Position numbers and translations under genes: made by a program. The notes below the pieces were generated by a model. That model did not search any database, was not told the origin of the DNA, and was given only the letters and a program-made list of their open reading frames with translations. Shown one piece after another: positions 14,218 to 24,719 of a stretch of 64,000 nt of DNA (position 1 is the stretch's first letter; each line of letters begins with the position of its first letter). Origin of the DNA: Tricharina praecox (Eukaryota); assembly GCF_024521635.1 (NCBI RefSeq), contig NW_026250415.1, positions 372,001 to 436,000 of the forward strand. Direction: 5' to 3'.

Positions 14218-14380
14218 GTCCGTCGATAAGGCGTGTAAGTACCGTCGCCATGTCCGAGGTTCTGGCTGGACCATCTTTCGTGCCCAGGCCCCAGGGGAGG
14301 GACCGAACGAGATGGGTGGAATTGCTCTGGGGAGTTGATCTTTTCTTGTATTTACATACAATGTAATTATCTTTCATGCC
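14218..14380 (+). repeat. Left copy of degenerate direct repeat (partner 18195-18375)
   Basis: gccatgtccgaggttctggctgg...ccccaggggagggaccgaacgagatgggtggaattgctc aligns with gccataggtgtccgagattctggctgg...cccctggggagggtcccgacgagatgagtggaattgctc. Confidence 0.8.
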
Positions 14381-14694
14381 TTCCATCATACGTACAACAC
14401 CCCAAGTCATGCAACTGCCACGATCTAGTAAGGCTGAATAAGTAGGTACCTACATACATAAAACAATGATAGACCAACAAATCCAACAAATCCAAAAATC
14501 CAAAAATCCAAAAACGTGGCAAGGAATGGAGCGTGGCAGGAACGGTGTTGCTAGATACATTAGGTATGTAGTAGACTCTGCTCACCGGCTTAGCGGTCGA
14601 TTACGGTTGTGGTTGCGGTTGTCGGTGATAGTCTACGGGATCACGTTCATGGCATGTAAGTACGGTAGAGTCGGAACGAGCTATCACTCTAACT

Positions 14695-14812
14695 TCCATA
14701 GACTCCACAATCTCCACGAACTCCACGATCTCCACGAACTCCACGAACTCCAAGCACTCCACGAACTCCAAGCACCCCAAGCACCCCAAGCACCCCAAGC
14801 ACCCCAAGCACC
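14695..14812. repeat. 9-bp minisatellite grading from CTCCACGAA to CCCCAAGCA
   Basis: About 13 tandem 9-mers, visible directly. Confidence 0.85.
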
Positions 14813-14890
14813 CTCTCCTATCACTCGCAGCCACAGCTAACTAGGTAGATCGGTAGAGCAGCTCCTCGCTTGCGGAAGTAAGGCAAAACC

Positions 14891-16680
14891 TCATATTCTG
14901 TCTAGTTCTTCGATAGGGGCACGTGTCAGGCGCGCGAACAGCCGCAGCAGCAGCGGGTTGGTTTGGATTGAGCTATTGCCTGCACTGGCTAGGAGTTCCG
15001 GTTTATTGCGCTCGCCGGCGTCTGCGGCCTCTCGATCAAGGAGCAACCGTGCAACGCGCTCGTGCCCGTGCCCTTTCTGCACCGCTAGCCGCCGCGCCGT
15101 CATACCGTATCGGTCTTTGGCCACGATGTCAGCACCGCGGTAAAGCAGTAGTCGCAGTGCAGCCGTGTGCCCGTTCTCAGCCGCCCAGTGAAGCGGAGTC
15201 CAGTCGGTGTTATCCTTGGCCTCGATGTCTGCACCGTGGTCGAGCAGTAGCTGCGGTGTAGCCGTGTGCCTGTTCACGGTTGCCAGGTGAAGCGGCGTCC
15301 GGCCGGAGTTATCCTTGGCCTCGATGTCTGCACCGCGGTCGAGCAGTAGCTGCAGTGTATCCGTGTGCCCATTCCGGGCCGCCTTGTGAAGCGGAGTCCA
15401 GTCGGTGTTATCCTTGGCCTCGATGTCTGCACTGAGGTCGAGCAGTAGCTGCACTGTATCTCTCTAGTCGGAGATAGCTGCGCAGTGCAACGCCGTATAT
15501 CCTCTCTGGTTCCGGGACTCCTTATCGATTCCTAACTTTTTTACAAGCATTTTGACCGTGATGTTATCTCCCTCGCGAGCTGCGTTGTGCAACATGGCGG
15601 CCCGCTTCATCTCGGGGGTCAGGCGATGCCGAACCGTGGTAGTCATCTTGCTGCTGCTCTGCTGTAACCGTTGGAGTCCTTCCCCGGTGATACTGAGCAG
15701 TTGCGCCAGGTTATCGCGGGATTTCCGCTGCTCGTACATATCGCCGTTATTCAGCTCGAGAGGGTAGATGGGCAGAAAGATGACGGATATATTCGATATC
15801 TGGTCTAGGCTCACACCGGTGAGCTGAGACCAGTTGGATTCCGCGGTGCCGATGGTCTTGAAGGAGTTCGATGAAGAGTTCCTGGCTGCGTTCCTGTACA
15901 GCCGAGTCTCTCCCAGAATCCTGCGAAAGGATCGGACAGATGCACTGGAGAAGACCGAAGCTCTGGAGCGGACTGAGGACGCGGCAACGACGCCCACAAA
16001 GGAAGTGGCTGCTGACATGCGCTCCGATAGGTCTGGATTCGTCTGCAGGACTGTCGCCATGAGCTGCTTCAGTTCAGCCATGTCGTTTTGCAGTTTCTGC
16101 GTTGATGAGCTGAGCTTCGTCAGCAACTATCCGTACACACGCGGTGGTCGGGTGCGAAGGAGATCATCCATTCTTCGGGGGAGCTGGGTGGAGCCCTGGG
16201 AACCTATCGATACACATATATCGATCGAGAAGAACTCTGAACTAACCATGTATAAACCGACAGCAACAGACTCAGCGAAGTCTTATGCATCTGTAGGTTC
16301 CGTAGTATCTTGGCGATATCCTGGTCTTTGGCTGCCCACTTGACGCGGTCCCAGGCCCCCAACTGATGTTTGGTGCCGTAGGCGTAGTCCGTCTTGACGC
16401 CTTTGAGCTCCCCATCCAGCTCCGAGAAGGTACACACGCAGCCCGTCAGGATGACTACCAGGTCGTCGATTGCAATTCTGGATTTGCGAGTCATGCTCTG
16501 CTGGGCGAAATTGACGATGAAGTCGTCTAACTGGCGAAATATCCCGTGCAGCGCTTGGACTTCTGCGAGAACGTTGCGGACAGTGCTGGGGGCGTCGATG
16601 GCGGTGGAAAGAAAGCCGATGACCTTGGCTCCGGCTTGCAATAACCCTGCTACCGATGCGGCAACCGAAAGAGGGTCCAT
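14891..16680 (-). CDS. HeLo-like (fungal STAND N-terminal) domain + conserved linker + about 6 ankyrin repeats; interrupted by in-frame TAG at 15464-15466 (pseudogene or recoded)
   Basis: MDPLSVAASVAGLL...DAPSTVRNVLAEV...ILTGCVCTFSEL...WDRVKWA is a typical Helo_like_N sequence. Intron 16246-16110 joins it to ORF 16126-15464. The ankyrin ORF (TPLHxAAxNGHxxxxxLLLDRGADIEAKD) continues in the same frame after the TAG. Confidence 0.85.
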
Positions 16681-17029
16681 CGTGGAAGTGGTGATTGTCG
16701 GTTGACGCTCGTGGTCCGGTAGGCAGAGAGTGTTCGTCTGGCGATCGCGGGGTCCGTGATGTGCGACTTGTAATGTGGAGTAAGCGCACATCATGCATGG
16801 TGTCGGCTGGCACCTATCAAATCTTGCACGTTCCACGGATTCCGCCAGTAATATAGAGTAGAGAGGACGTGACTGCATACTACCTATAAGGCGAACTCAA
16901 CACCGCCACGCACCATCGTCGTGCGAATTCTGTCACTGTGAAGTCTATTGTTCGAACATTCGGTCGTTATGTACGAAGTCCACCGTTTCACGAAACCATG
17001 AAGCAAAAATGGAGTCCGCGATCTGGTAT

Positions 17030-17565
17030 CATACCGGAAGGAGTTCAGTCATAGAGAGACGACTCGGCTCGGGACGAACGAATACATATCATTGCGCTAC
17101 GAGAGCATTAAGCGGGATTGGAGCTGGCGGCAAATATATAGCAAAGGAACTCAAGATCGATAAAGCTACAGCCTCGAGGATTTACCAGCGGTATATATCG
17201 TCAGTACCTACGGTACTCCTTCGAATCGAAAACGATCCGGTAGACCGTAGACCCCCGATCCTCGACGCCACGGAGAAAGCTCGTCTCGAAGCCTTTGTTT
17301 CCTACATACCTATCCGCGACTCCCGTACTCGACGTCTCAGCGGGGACGCAATCTGTAATGAAATAGGCTATGCCTGTGATCCCAAGACAGTTCGAGGGAT
17401 ATCACAAACGGGCACCGAGAAAAAAGTTCGATTTCAAACCTGACAACAGACTGGATCGGGTTACCTGGTGTCATTCCAGGCTACATTGGACTAAGGAGGA
17501 ATGGAAAAGAGTTATCTGGACCGGTGAATTCTCCTTGTCGACCACAGGATTTGGTCACCGTCCAT
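17030..17565 (+). mobile_element. Tc1/mariner-family transposase relic (HTH to first catalytic Asp), frameshifted and truncated
   Basis: IAKELKIDKATASRIYQR (HTH), RPPILD, KTVR..GYHKRAPRKK, RLDRVTWCHSRLHWTKEEWKRVIWTGE (canonical WTDE). Frame change near 17398. No TIRs seen. Confidence 0.85.
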
Positions 17566-17705
17566 ATCCTCTGAAAGTTCATGGGCCTGTTTTCTTTCTT
17601 ATTGCTTTGCTTTTCTAGTCAATCTAATCGGTTCATTACCCGTACCTGTCGAGGGTCTTTCACTGGGAAGGGGTGGTTCACTGGGTTTTCCGCTCAGACA
17701 AATAT

Positions 17706-17808
17706 ATCACAGCCGATCACTCGTTCTGTTCTATCTAATCTAATAGTGCCATATATTTGTTTACGGCGCTTAGAATTTCGTAGTGGTAGTGGTGCACCAC
17801 TTTCTCCA
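17706..17808 (+). repeat. Dispersed ~100-bp element, copy 1 (inverted copy at 38293-38390)
   Basis: atcacagccgatcactcgttctg...gccatatatttgtttacggcgcttagaatttcgtagtggt(agtggt)gcaccactttctccag matches the reverse complement of 38293-38390. Confidence 0.85.
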
Positions 17809-18194
17809 GCACGCTATATATCTATCCACTTCGTGTGCGGGCACGTAGGCCCATACCAGTCTTTACCGCGTATCTACTTCGCCGGGACAGCTTTTCATTG
17901 GTTAGTGTACTTCTCTCTCGCGGGCAGGCGAGGGACGCCGATTAGCTAGTCTCGCGGCGGTGGCTCTCACTGGTGTGGACGTCGTGATCTACTTAGGTCT
18001 ATAGATACGTCAAGTTCGGGGAATCGCCAACAACACCAACCCAAATCCGTCCGCGAGTCTAGCTATGCGGCTCTCCCTGTTGTCCTACTGGCCCAATCAA
18101 TGGTGATTCCACAGACCACCACCACCGCCATCATCTTCCACCCATACCAACTCTTCTTCCACCTCTACCAATTCATCTTCCTCTTCAGTAGCTT

Positions 18195-18375
18195 GTCCGT
18201 CGACCGGATCGGGCGTGTATCGGATCTCGCTCCACAGCCGCCATAGGTGTCCGAGATTCTGGCTGGGCTGTCTTCCGCGCCCCTGGGGAGGGTCCCGACG
18301 AGATGAGTGGAATTGCTCGGGGGTACATACATAACCTTTTCTCTTATGTACATAAGTATCATTTAATGTCACTCG
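18195..18375 (+). repeat. Right copy of degenerate direct repeat (partner 14218-14380)
   Basis: See left copy; both translate on the minus strand to a shared SNSTHLV(R/G)(S/T)LP.G string. Confidence 0.8.
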
Positions 18376-18905
18376 CTCATACCTAGTCGCTCGATGGCGC
18401 TGGATTTTTTTTCGAACTTCAAAACCCTGATCCTAACTCGAATTTCCACAACATTAATACCAGGTAGGTGCTGGTACCCAGTATGATAATCGACGGGACG
18501 TAGGCTCGAACACTAACTAGAGGTGTGATTCCATTAGCCGTAGGTATTTGGCCTGGATGCCGGTTCCTGCTGCGGCGGTGGGATCGGCGTGAATCCGGAA
18601 TGTTGGCAATTACTCAACATGTTCGGTATGCACGAGGAGTTAGATAGTGGGGGCGGGGTGAATCAGTGTCCGCCGGAGGTTAGCAACTGGCTAGTATCAG
18701 GTGCGAACGAAAACACCGACGCTCAATGGCCACTGGCACCAGTGAGTCAGTGACTCTCCATGACTTCATGTGACACGTCTTGGCACCGACGACAACCGAC
18801 GCGCTCCATGTAGAGTACTACCTACCATGTACAATACTCTAGTACTATACCCACCCCACCACCGAGCCCCACCACTCCGGTACCTACACAACACTCGCAC
18901 GCACA

Positions 18906-19968
18906 ATGTTCGCCCTCCGTCGCGCCCCCACCTCTCCTTCGAACCGCCGCCTCCTGAGCACGCTTGCAGTGCTCGAGCACCGCGGCGGGCAGATATCAGC
19001 GTCGTCGTTACCAGCGCTCACCGCGGCGAGCAAGCTCGGCGGCCCCGTGACCGCATTCGTCGCCGGGACGGACTCGGCCGCGATCGCGGCGCTGGCGGCG
19101 AAGCTCACGGGGGTGCAGAAGGTCCTCCACGTCGAGAACGCGAAGTACGATAAGGTGTGTGTGTATTGGTGCCCTGGCCCCGCGGGCGGAGGTTAATCGG
19201 CGGATGAGAATGAAACAGGGAATGCCGGAGAACTTTGCGCCGCTGCTGGTGGCCAATGTGAAGGCGGGCGGGTTCACGCACGTGGTCGGCGCGCACTCGG
19301 CGTTCGGAAAGAATATTCTCCCGCGCGTCGCCGCGCTGCTGGACGTGCAGGCGGTTTCGGATATCACGGGGATCGTGGACGCGAACACGTTCGTGCGCCC
19401 CATCTACGCCGGTAACGCTATCGCTACCGTCAAGTCCGCACAGGCGGTCAACGTGATCACCGTGCGGGGGACGGCGTTCCCGGCTGCGACGGAAGAGGGA
19501 GCCTCGGCGGCGGAGGTTGCGAAAGCGCCCGAGGACCCGGATACGGAAATGCTCACGGAGTGGGTCGGGGAAAATCTGGCGACAAGTGAGAGGCCGGATT
19601 TGAGCACCGCCACGAAGGTCGTCTCCGGTGGACGCGGGCTGAAGGATCGCGAGAACTTTGAGAAGTACATGCAGCCCCTGGCCGATGCCCTGGGTGCCGC
19701 GATTGGTGCTAGTCGGGCTGCTGTCGATGCGGGCTTTGCGGATAATAGCTTGCAGGTGGGCCAGACAGGAAAGGTTGTGGCGCCCCAGCTGTACATGGCT
19801 GTCGGCATCAGCGGGGCTATTCAGCATTTGGCGGGAATGAAGGATAGCAAGGTCATTGCGGCGATCAATAAGGATGCCGATGCGCCTATCTTCCAGGTGG
19901 CGGATGTGGGATTGGTTGCAGACCTGTTCCAGGCGGTGCCCGAGCTGACGGAGAAGCTGAAGGAGTAG
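18906..19968 (+). CDS. ETFA: Electron transfer flavoprotein alpha subunit, mitochondrial
   Basis: Intron 19155-19218. Motifs [69 protein letters not shown]. Arg-rich presequence. Confidence 0.97.
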
Positions 19969-20237
19969 GGATTGAGCTGGTGGATGGTGAGTGTACAGGG
20001 GAATTCGTGTATATAGAGTTGAAAGAGGATCTCCGGGCAGTTACGGATGTGAGGGCATAATCCTGCCTCAATGTGGGCACACCACGGCGATTGCCTACCT
20101 ATGTCTATCCAAGCGGTGTCCAATTGTATGAGTATACCCAGTTGCGGATATCCCAACCCGCTCTATAGAATATGATACAAGAATATATGGCACACCCGTA
20201 CCACTCTCTCCTATTCCACCACCACTGCTCTCACCAT

Positions 20238-21013
20238 CTATTTTATCTTCCTCGTCTTCAACTTGATTGTCTCGTTGTTGACGAAGATACCCTGCACCCA
20301 TCAGCATCCGACCGCCACACACCATCCCTCCGCACGCACTCACCTTTCCCTTGTACGGCTCGGGTTTCCTCCAGGCCCTAATCTCCGCGGCAAACTGTGT
20401 AACCACCTCCTTATTCGCACCCTCGAGCAGGATTCTCGTTGGCTGGGGGGTACTGGCAGTGACACCGACGGGCACTGGCAATTCGACCGGGTGGGCATAC
20501 TGGACCTTCAAATTGACGATCTTCCCGATGACGGGTCTCTCCTCGATGCTGGCCCTGTACCCGACACCGACCAACCGCAAGATCGCGACGTGGCCCTCCG
20601 ACACGCCGGTGATGTGGTTCTGCAGCATGGCGCGCACGGTGCCCCAGCGCTCGCGCTGCAGCCGCTCCCGCGCGTCCTGCGGCGTCACCGTCACTTTGGC
20701 GGCCGCAGTGTCGATTTCCACACTGATGAAGTCGGGCACCTGCAGCGATAGCAGGCCCAGCGGGCCTTCGACGCTTCTGCAATGCTCGTCAGCCCCCGCG
20801 CCCCACGCTACCATTCAATTCCAACCGGACGGAGGGACGGAGGAGGGGGGAGAGGTACATCGTCCCCATATCCTGCTTGCGACCGGGTCGCGGCGTCGGC
20901 GCGATCTTGGTGAGTTTTACGGTCGGCGGGAGCGATATCGGCATGCCGCCGATCTTGCTGCGGAGCGGCGCCACGGTGCTGAACGCGCGGATGGTGCTGG
21001 GTCGGCTGAACAT
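20238..21013 (-). CDS. MRPL6: Mitochondrial ribosomal protein uL6m (3 exons)
   Basis: RSKIGGMPISLPPTV, VEGPLG, WGTVRAMLQNHITGVSEGH, LVGVGYRA, FAAEIRAWRKPEPYKGK|GIFVNNETIKLK. Two GT-AG introns. Confidence 0.95.
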
Positions 21014-21813
21014 GGCGGGCAGGTGCTGCTGCGGGTATGGAGCGTAACTGTGGTGAGGTTTGGTTTTAGACGTGGGGTGGAAGGCTTGGCGTGCAGGTGG
21101 GTGGGCGTAAGACCGAGCGAGTGATGGCGGGGTGGAAAGGGACTCCTGGGCGGCGGGAACTTGGAAGAGCGGTGCAAGGTGCAAGGGAGGCTTTCTTGCT
21201 GGGGCTCGTCGGTAGACCCGAGGGCGCCTACTCTACCTACCACGAGGCGTTGAGGGAGTGCTCATTGCATTCCCACTATTTGTGTGGCTTAAGTGTGGCT
21301 CACACATTGATTTGCATGTGCCTCTTCGGCCACATGTAGTGTACTGAACTCTGACAGCCCCAACTTCAATGGGGCGTCATTCAAGCTTATTCGGCTTCCG
21401 ATCTGCACCATGGCAAATGCTTGAGTCCTCGACTCGCACTCTACATACCTCGGAAATTGCCCTTTCCCATTGATTGTCCCACACGATCGGTCCTTGCCGG
21501 CACGGTGATGCAGAGCACAATCTAATTCGCGGACATCTGCTCCGGCAGGTGTAGAGTACAATGAGGCTCTTCTTGTGCACTTGCACAGTTGCACTCATGG
21601 TACCATATGACATCACCCCCCACTTCCGCGATCATCGATGAGGGGGGGGGGTGGAACAGAAAAGATGTTCACAGAAAAAGCAAGCCCCGCCACCGTGTGT
21701 ATGTAGCCCGTGGCCCTGTGGTGCCTGTCAATCGTGTGTATCCATGTGTGTGAGACTTTCGACTTCCGGTGTCCCAGCAAGCTACCGAGGCTGTATCCCG
21801 TGAACGCAAGCAA

Positions 21814-24680
21814 ATGTTTCAACTTGCACTTCGACGCCCCCCACTACTTGCCGCCACGACCGCTACCAGCACGACCACGGCCACGACGACGACGACCACT
21901 CGAAACCTACTGAAGATGCACTACGCGGCCAAGATCAGTCTCGGCACCCTGGCGACGGTGGGCGCCTTCGCCGCGTACTACCACACGACGGCGCGGCGGC
22001 GACAGCTCCCCGGCCCGGCTGGGCCGGTGCTGGCAGACACCAAGATCGTGATCCCTCCGGCGGCGGCGGGGGCGGGCAGCCGCTCGCGCGCCGCATCGCT
22101 CTCGACGCAAGCCGCACCACCCAGCGGCGGCGGGGAAACGCAGAACCAGCGGGAGGCGAGCCAGGACACGCAGTGGCAGCGGTTTACGGAGCGGCTGGCG
22201 GCGGCGAACACGTCGGTGCTGTCGACGATCAGCCTCAACAACATGCTGCCGGACTGGTCGATTGGGCTGCCGGAGTGGATTACGCGGCTGCAGCGCGAGC
22301 TGAATATGGAGCCCGGGTCGATGGCGGATACGATCTGGACTGAGGCGTGTGATACGAGTGCCAACCCCGAGGTGGCGTGGGATGCCAGGGTCCGCATTAG
22401 TCCTGACCTGTGTGATGAGGAGAAATCGTTTCTAAGGAAGAGACGCGAGTTCACCCGCAGGGCCCTGGCGAAGTATTTGGACCTGCCGGAGAATGAGGTG
22501 CATATGGATGATGTCCCCGTGATTGCGACGACCGGGTCCGGCGGCGGGCTCAGAGCTATGGTGGCCGGCGCTGGATACTACCAGGCGCTGCATGAGGTGG
22601 GACTGTTTGATTGTACTACGTATACGGCGGGAGTCTCCGGTAGCTGCTGGCTGCAGTCCGTGTACCTCTCGTCGATCGGGCAGCAGTCGTTCACGAGGGT
22701 CATCGATCACTTCAAGCAGAGGATCGGTGTGCATATTGCGTATCCGCCCACGGCCCTGGAGTTGATCGATACCCCGCCGACGAACAAATATCTCCTTAGG
22801 GGTGTGGTTGAGAAGCTGAAGGTTGGTCACTCGTCGTTTGGGCTTGTAGATCTATACGGACTGCTGCTTGGAGCACGGCTGCTGGTACCGAGTAGTGTGA
22901 AGGGGAGTGGAGGGAGCAGTGAAGGGGAAGGGGAACTGCCGGCGTCGTTGGACAATGACGATCTCAAGTTGAGTCGGCAACGGAGGTTTCTAGAGGATGG
23001 GCAGAGTCCGCTACCGATCTACACTGCGGTTCGCCACGAGATCCCAGGTGAGGGAAACGAGACCGAGAACAAGAACATAGATATGGAGAAGGCACGCGAA
23101 GAGGAAAAGAAGCAGAATGATTGGTTCCAGTGGTTTGAGGTGACGCCGTTTGAGGTTTACTCCGAGGACCTCGAGGGTACGTACTTTATATCTACCTTAT
23201 CTAGTTCAGTTCCTTGCCTTTGTTGACGCCGCCGGTGACAGCTGGAATTCCCACCTGGGGCCTGGGCCGGCGGTACGAGAACGGCGTCAACATTGACCGC
23301 AAAGTGCCCGAGATGAAAGTTCCGCTTCTATTCGGCATCTTCGGCAGTGCGTTCTGTGCCACACTCGGCCACTACTACGCCGAGATACGACCATTCCTCA
23401 CGTCCATCAGCATGCTGAAGATGTTGGACGACATGGTGCTGCAAAGAAGCGACGACCTGGTCAAAGTCCACCCATTCGATCCCGCCGCCGTCCCCAACTT
23501 TGCCAAGGGTCTGAAGGACAAGCTTCCGCCGACGTGTCCCGAGAGCCTTCACGAGTCGGAGGTGATCCAACTGATGGTAAGCCCCGTCCCCACCAGCGTC
23601 ACGATAAACCCCGGGAATAACACAAACAGGATGCGGGCATGTCCAACAACCTCGCGTGCTACCCACTGATGCGGAAGGGGCGCAACGTCGACATCATGAT
23701 CGCCTTCGACTCGTCCGCGGACATCCAAGTAGCGAACTGGATCGGGTACGTCGAGGGGTACGCGAAGCAGCGTAAGATCCAGGGCTGGCCGGTCGCGATC
23801 GGCTGGCCGCGCACCGACGACCCTAAGAGGGTGGAGCAGGAGCTCGAAGCCGCGCAGGCGTCGTCCGCGGCAGAGGCTAAAGAAAAGCTTGAACACGCAC
23901 AGAATCAGGACCGCGAGGCGAAGCAGGCCGAGGGCGCAGAGCTCGCAAAGCAGAATAAGAACACCCTCGGCCCGTGCACTATCTGGGTCGGCAGCATGGA
24001 GACCCGCGAGTCCGAGGATGAGCCGCCAAGAAGCAAGGTCGTCGAGGAGGAGTGGGATCTTATGGGGCCCGATGCCGGTGCGTGATAATAATACTCTACC
24101 CTACCCCCCCGGCTTACTACTCGTGTGGTATGGTAATGCTGACTCCGCCTGCCTGCGCATCTAGGCATCGTGGTGGCGTATCTGCCGCTCATCAGCCATA
24201 CAGATGTTCCCGGCGTAGATCCGGAAACTTCGGCTTACCTGTCTACATGGAACTTTGAGGTACGTGTTTTGTTCCACCGATCGATTTCTTCGCACCAATC
24301 AGTGTATCGGCGTTTCCCTTCCGCTCCCCTTTCGTTATGCGGTAGGGCTGAGATGAGTTGAGTGTGTGTGAGCCGCCTTGGTGGCTTGCTTGCAGCCACC
24401 ATCTCACCCACATATCCCGTTCTTCCCAGCAACGCCTGTATGTACTCTTTAAATGCAGGGCTGACACTCCCCTCCGCAACCATAGTGGACACCCGAGCAA
24501 ATCGACAACGTCGTAACACTGGCGAAGACGAACTTCAACGAGGGCGCGGACCGGCTCAAGCGCACTGTGCGCGCCGTCTACGAGCGCAAGAAGAAGCTGC
24601 GGCTCGAGAGGGAGCATAGCGACGACGAGCTGCGCCACGGCGAGAATGAGAGGAGGGGGGGGGCGGATCAGTTTTCCTGA
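21814..24680 (+). CDS. Cytosolic phospholipase A2-like (PLA2c / lysophospholipase catalytic domain) protein, 5 exons
   Basis: GSGGGLRAM oxyanion motif, AGVSGSCW nucleophile, LM|DAGMSNNL catalytic Asp. Introns ~23178-23241, 23577-23629, 24078-24164 and 24260-24485. Ends ...GGADQFS*. Confidence 0.92.
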
Positions 24681-24688
24681 AGCCGCGC

Positions 24689-24719
<31 letters not shown>

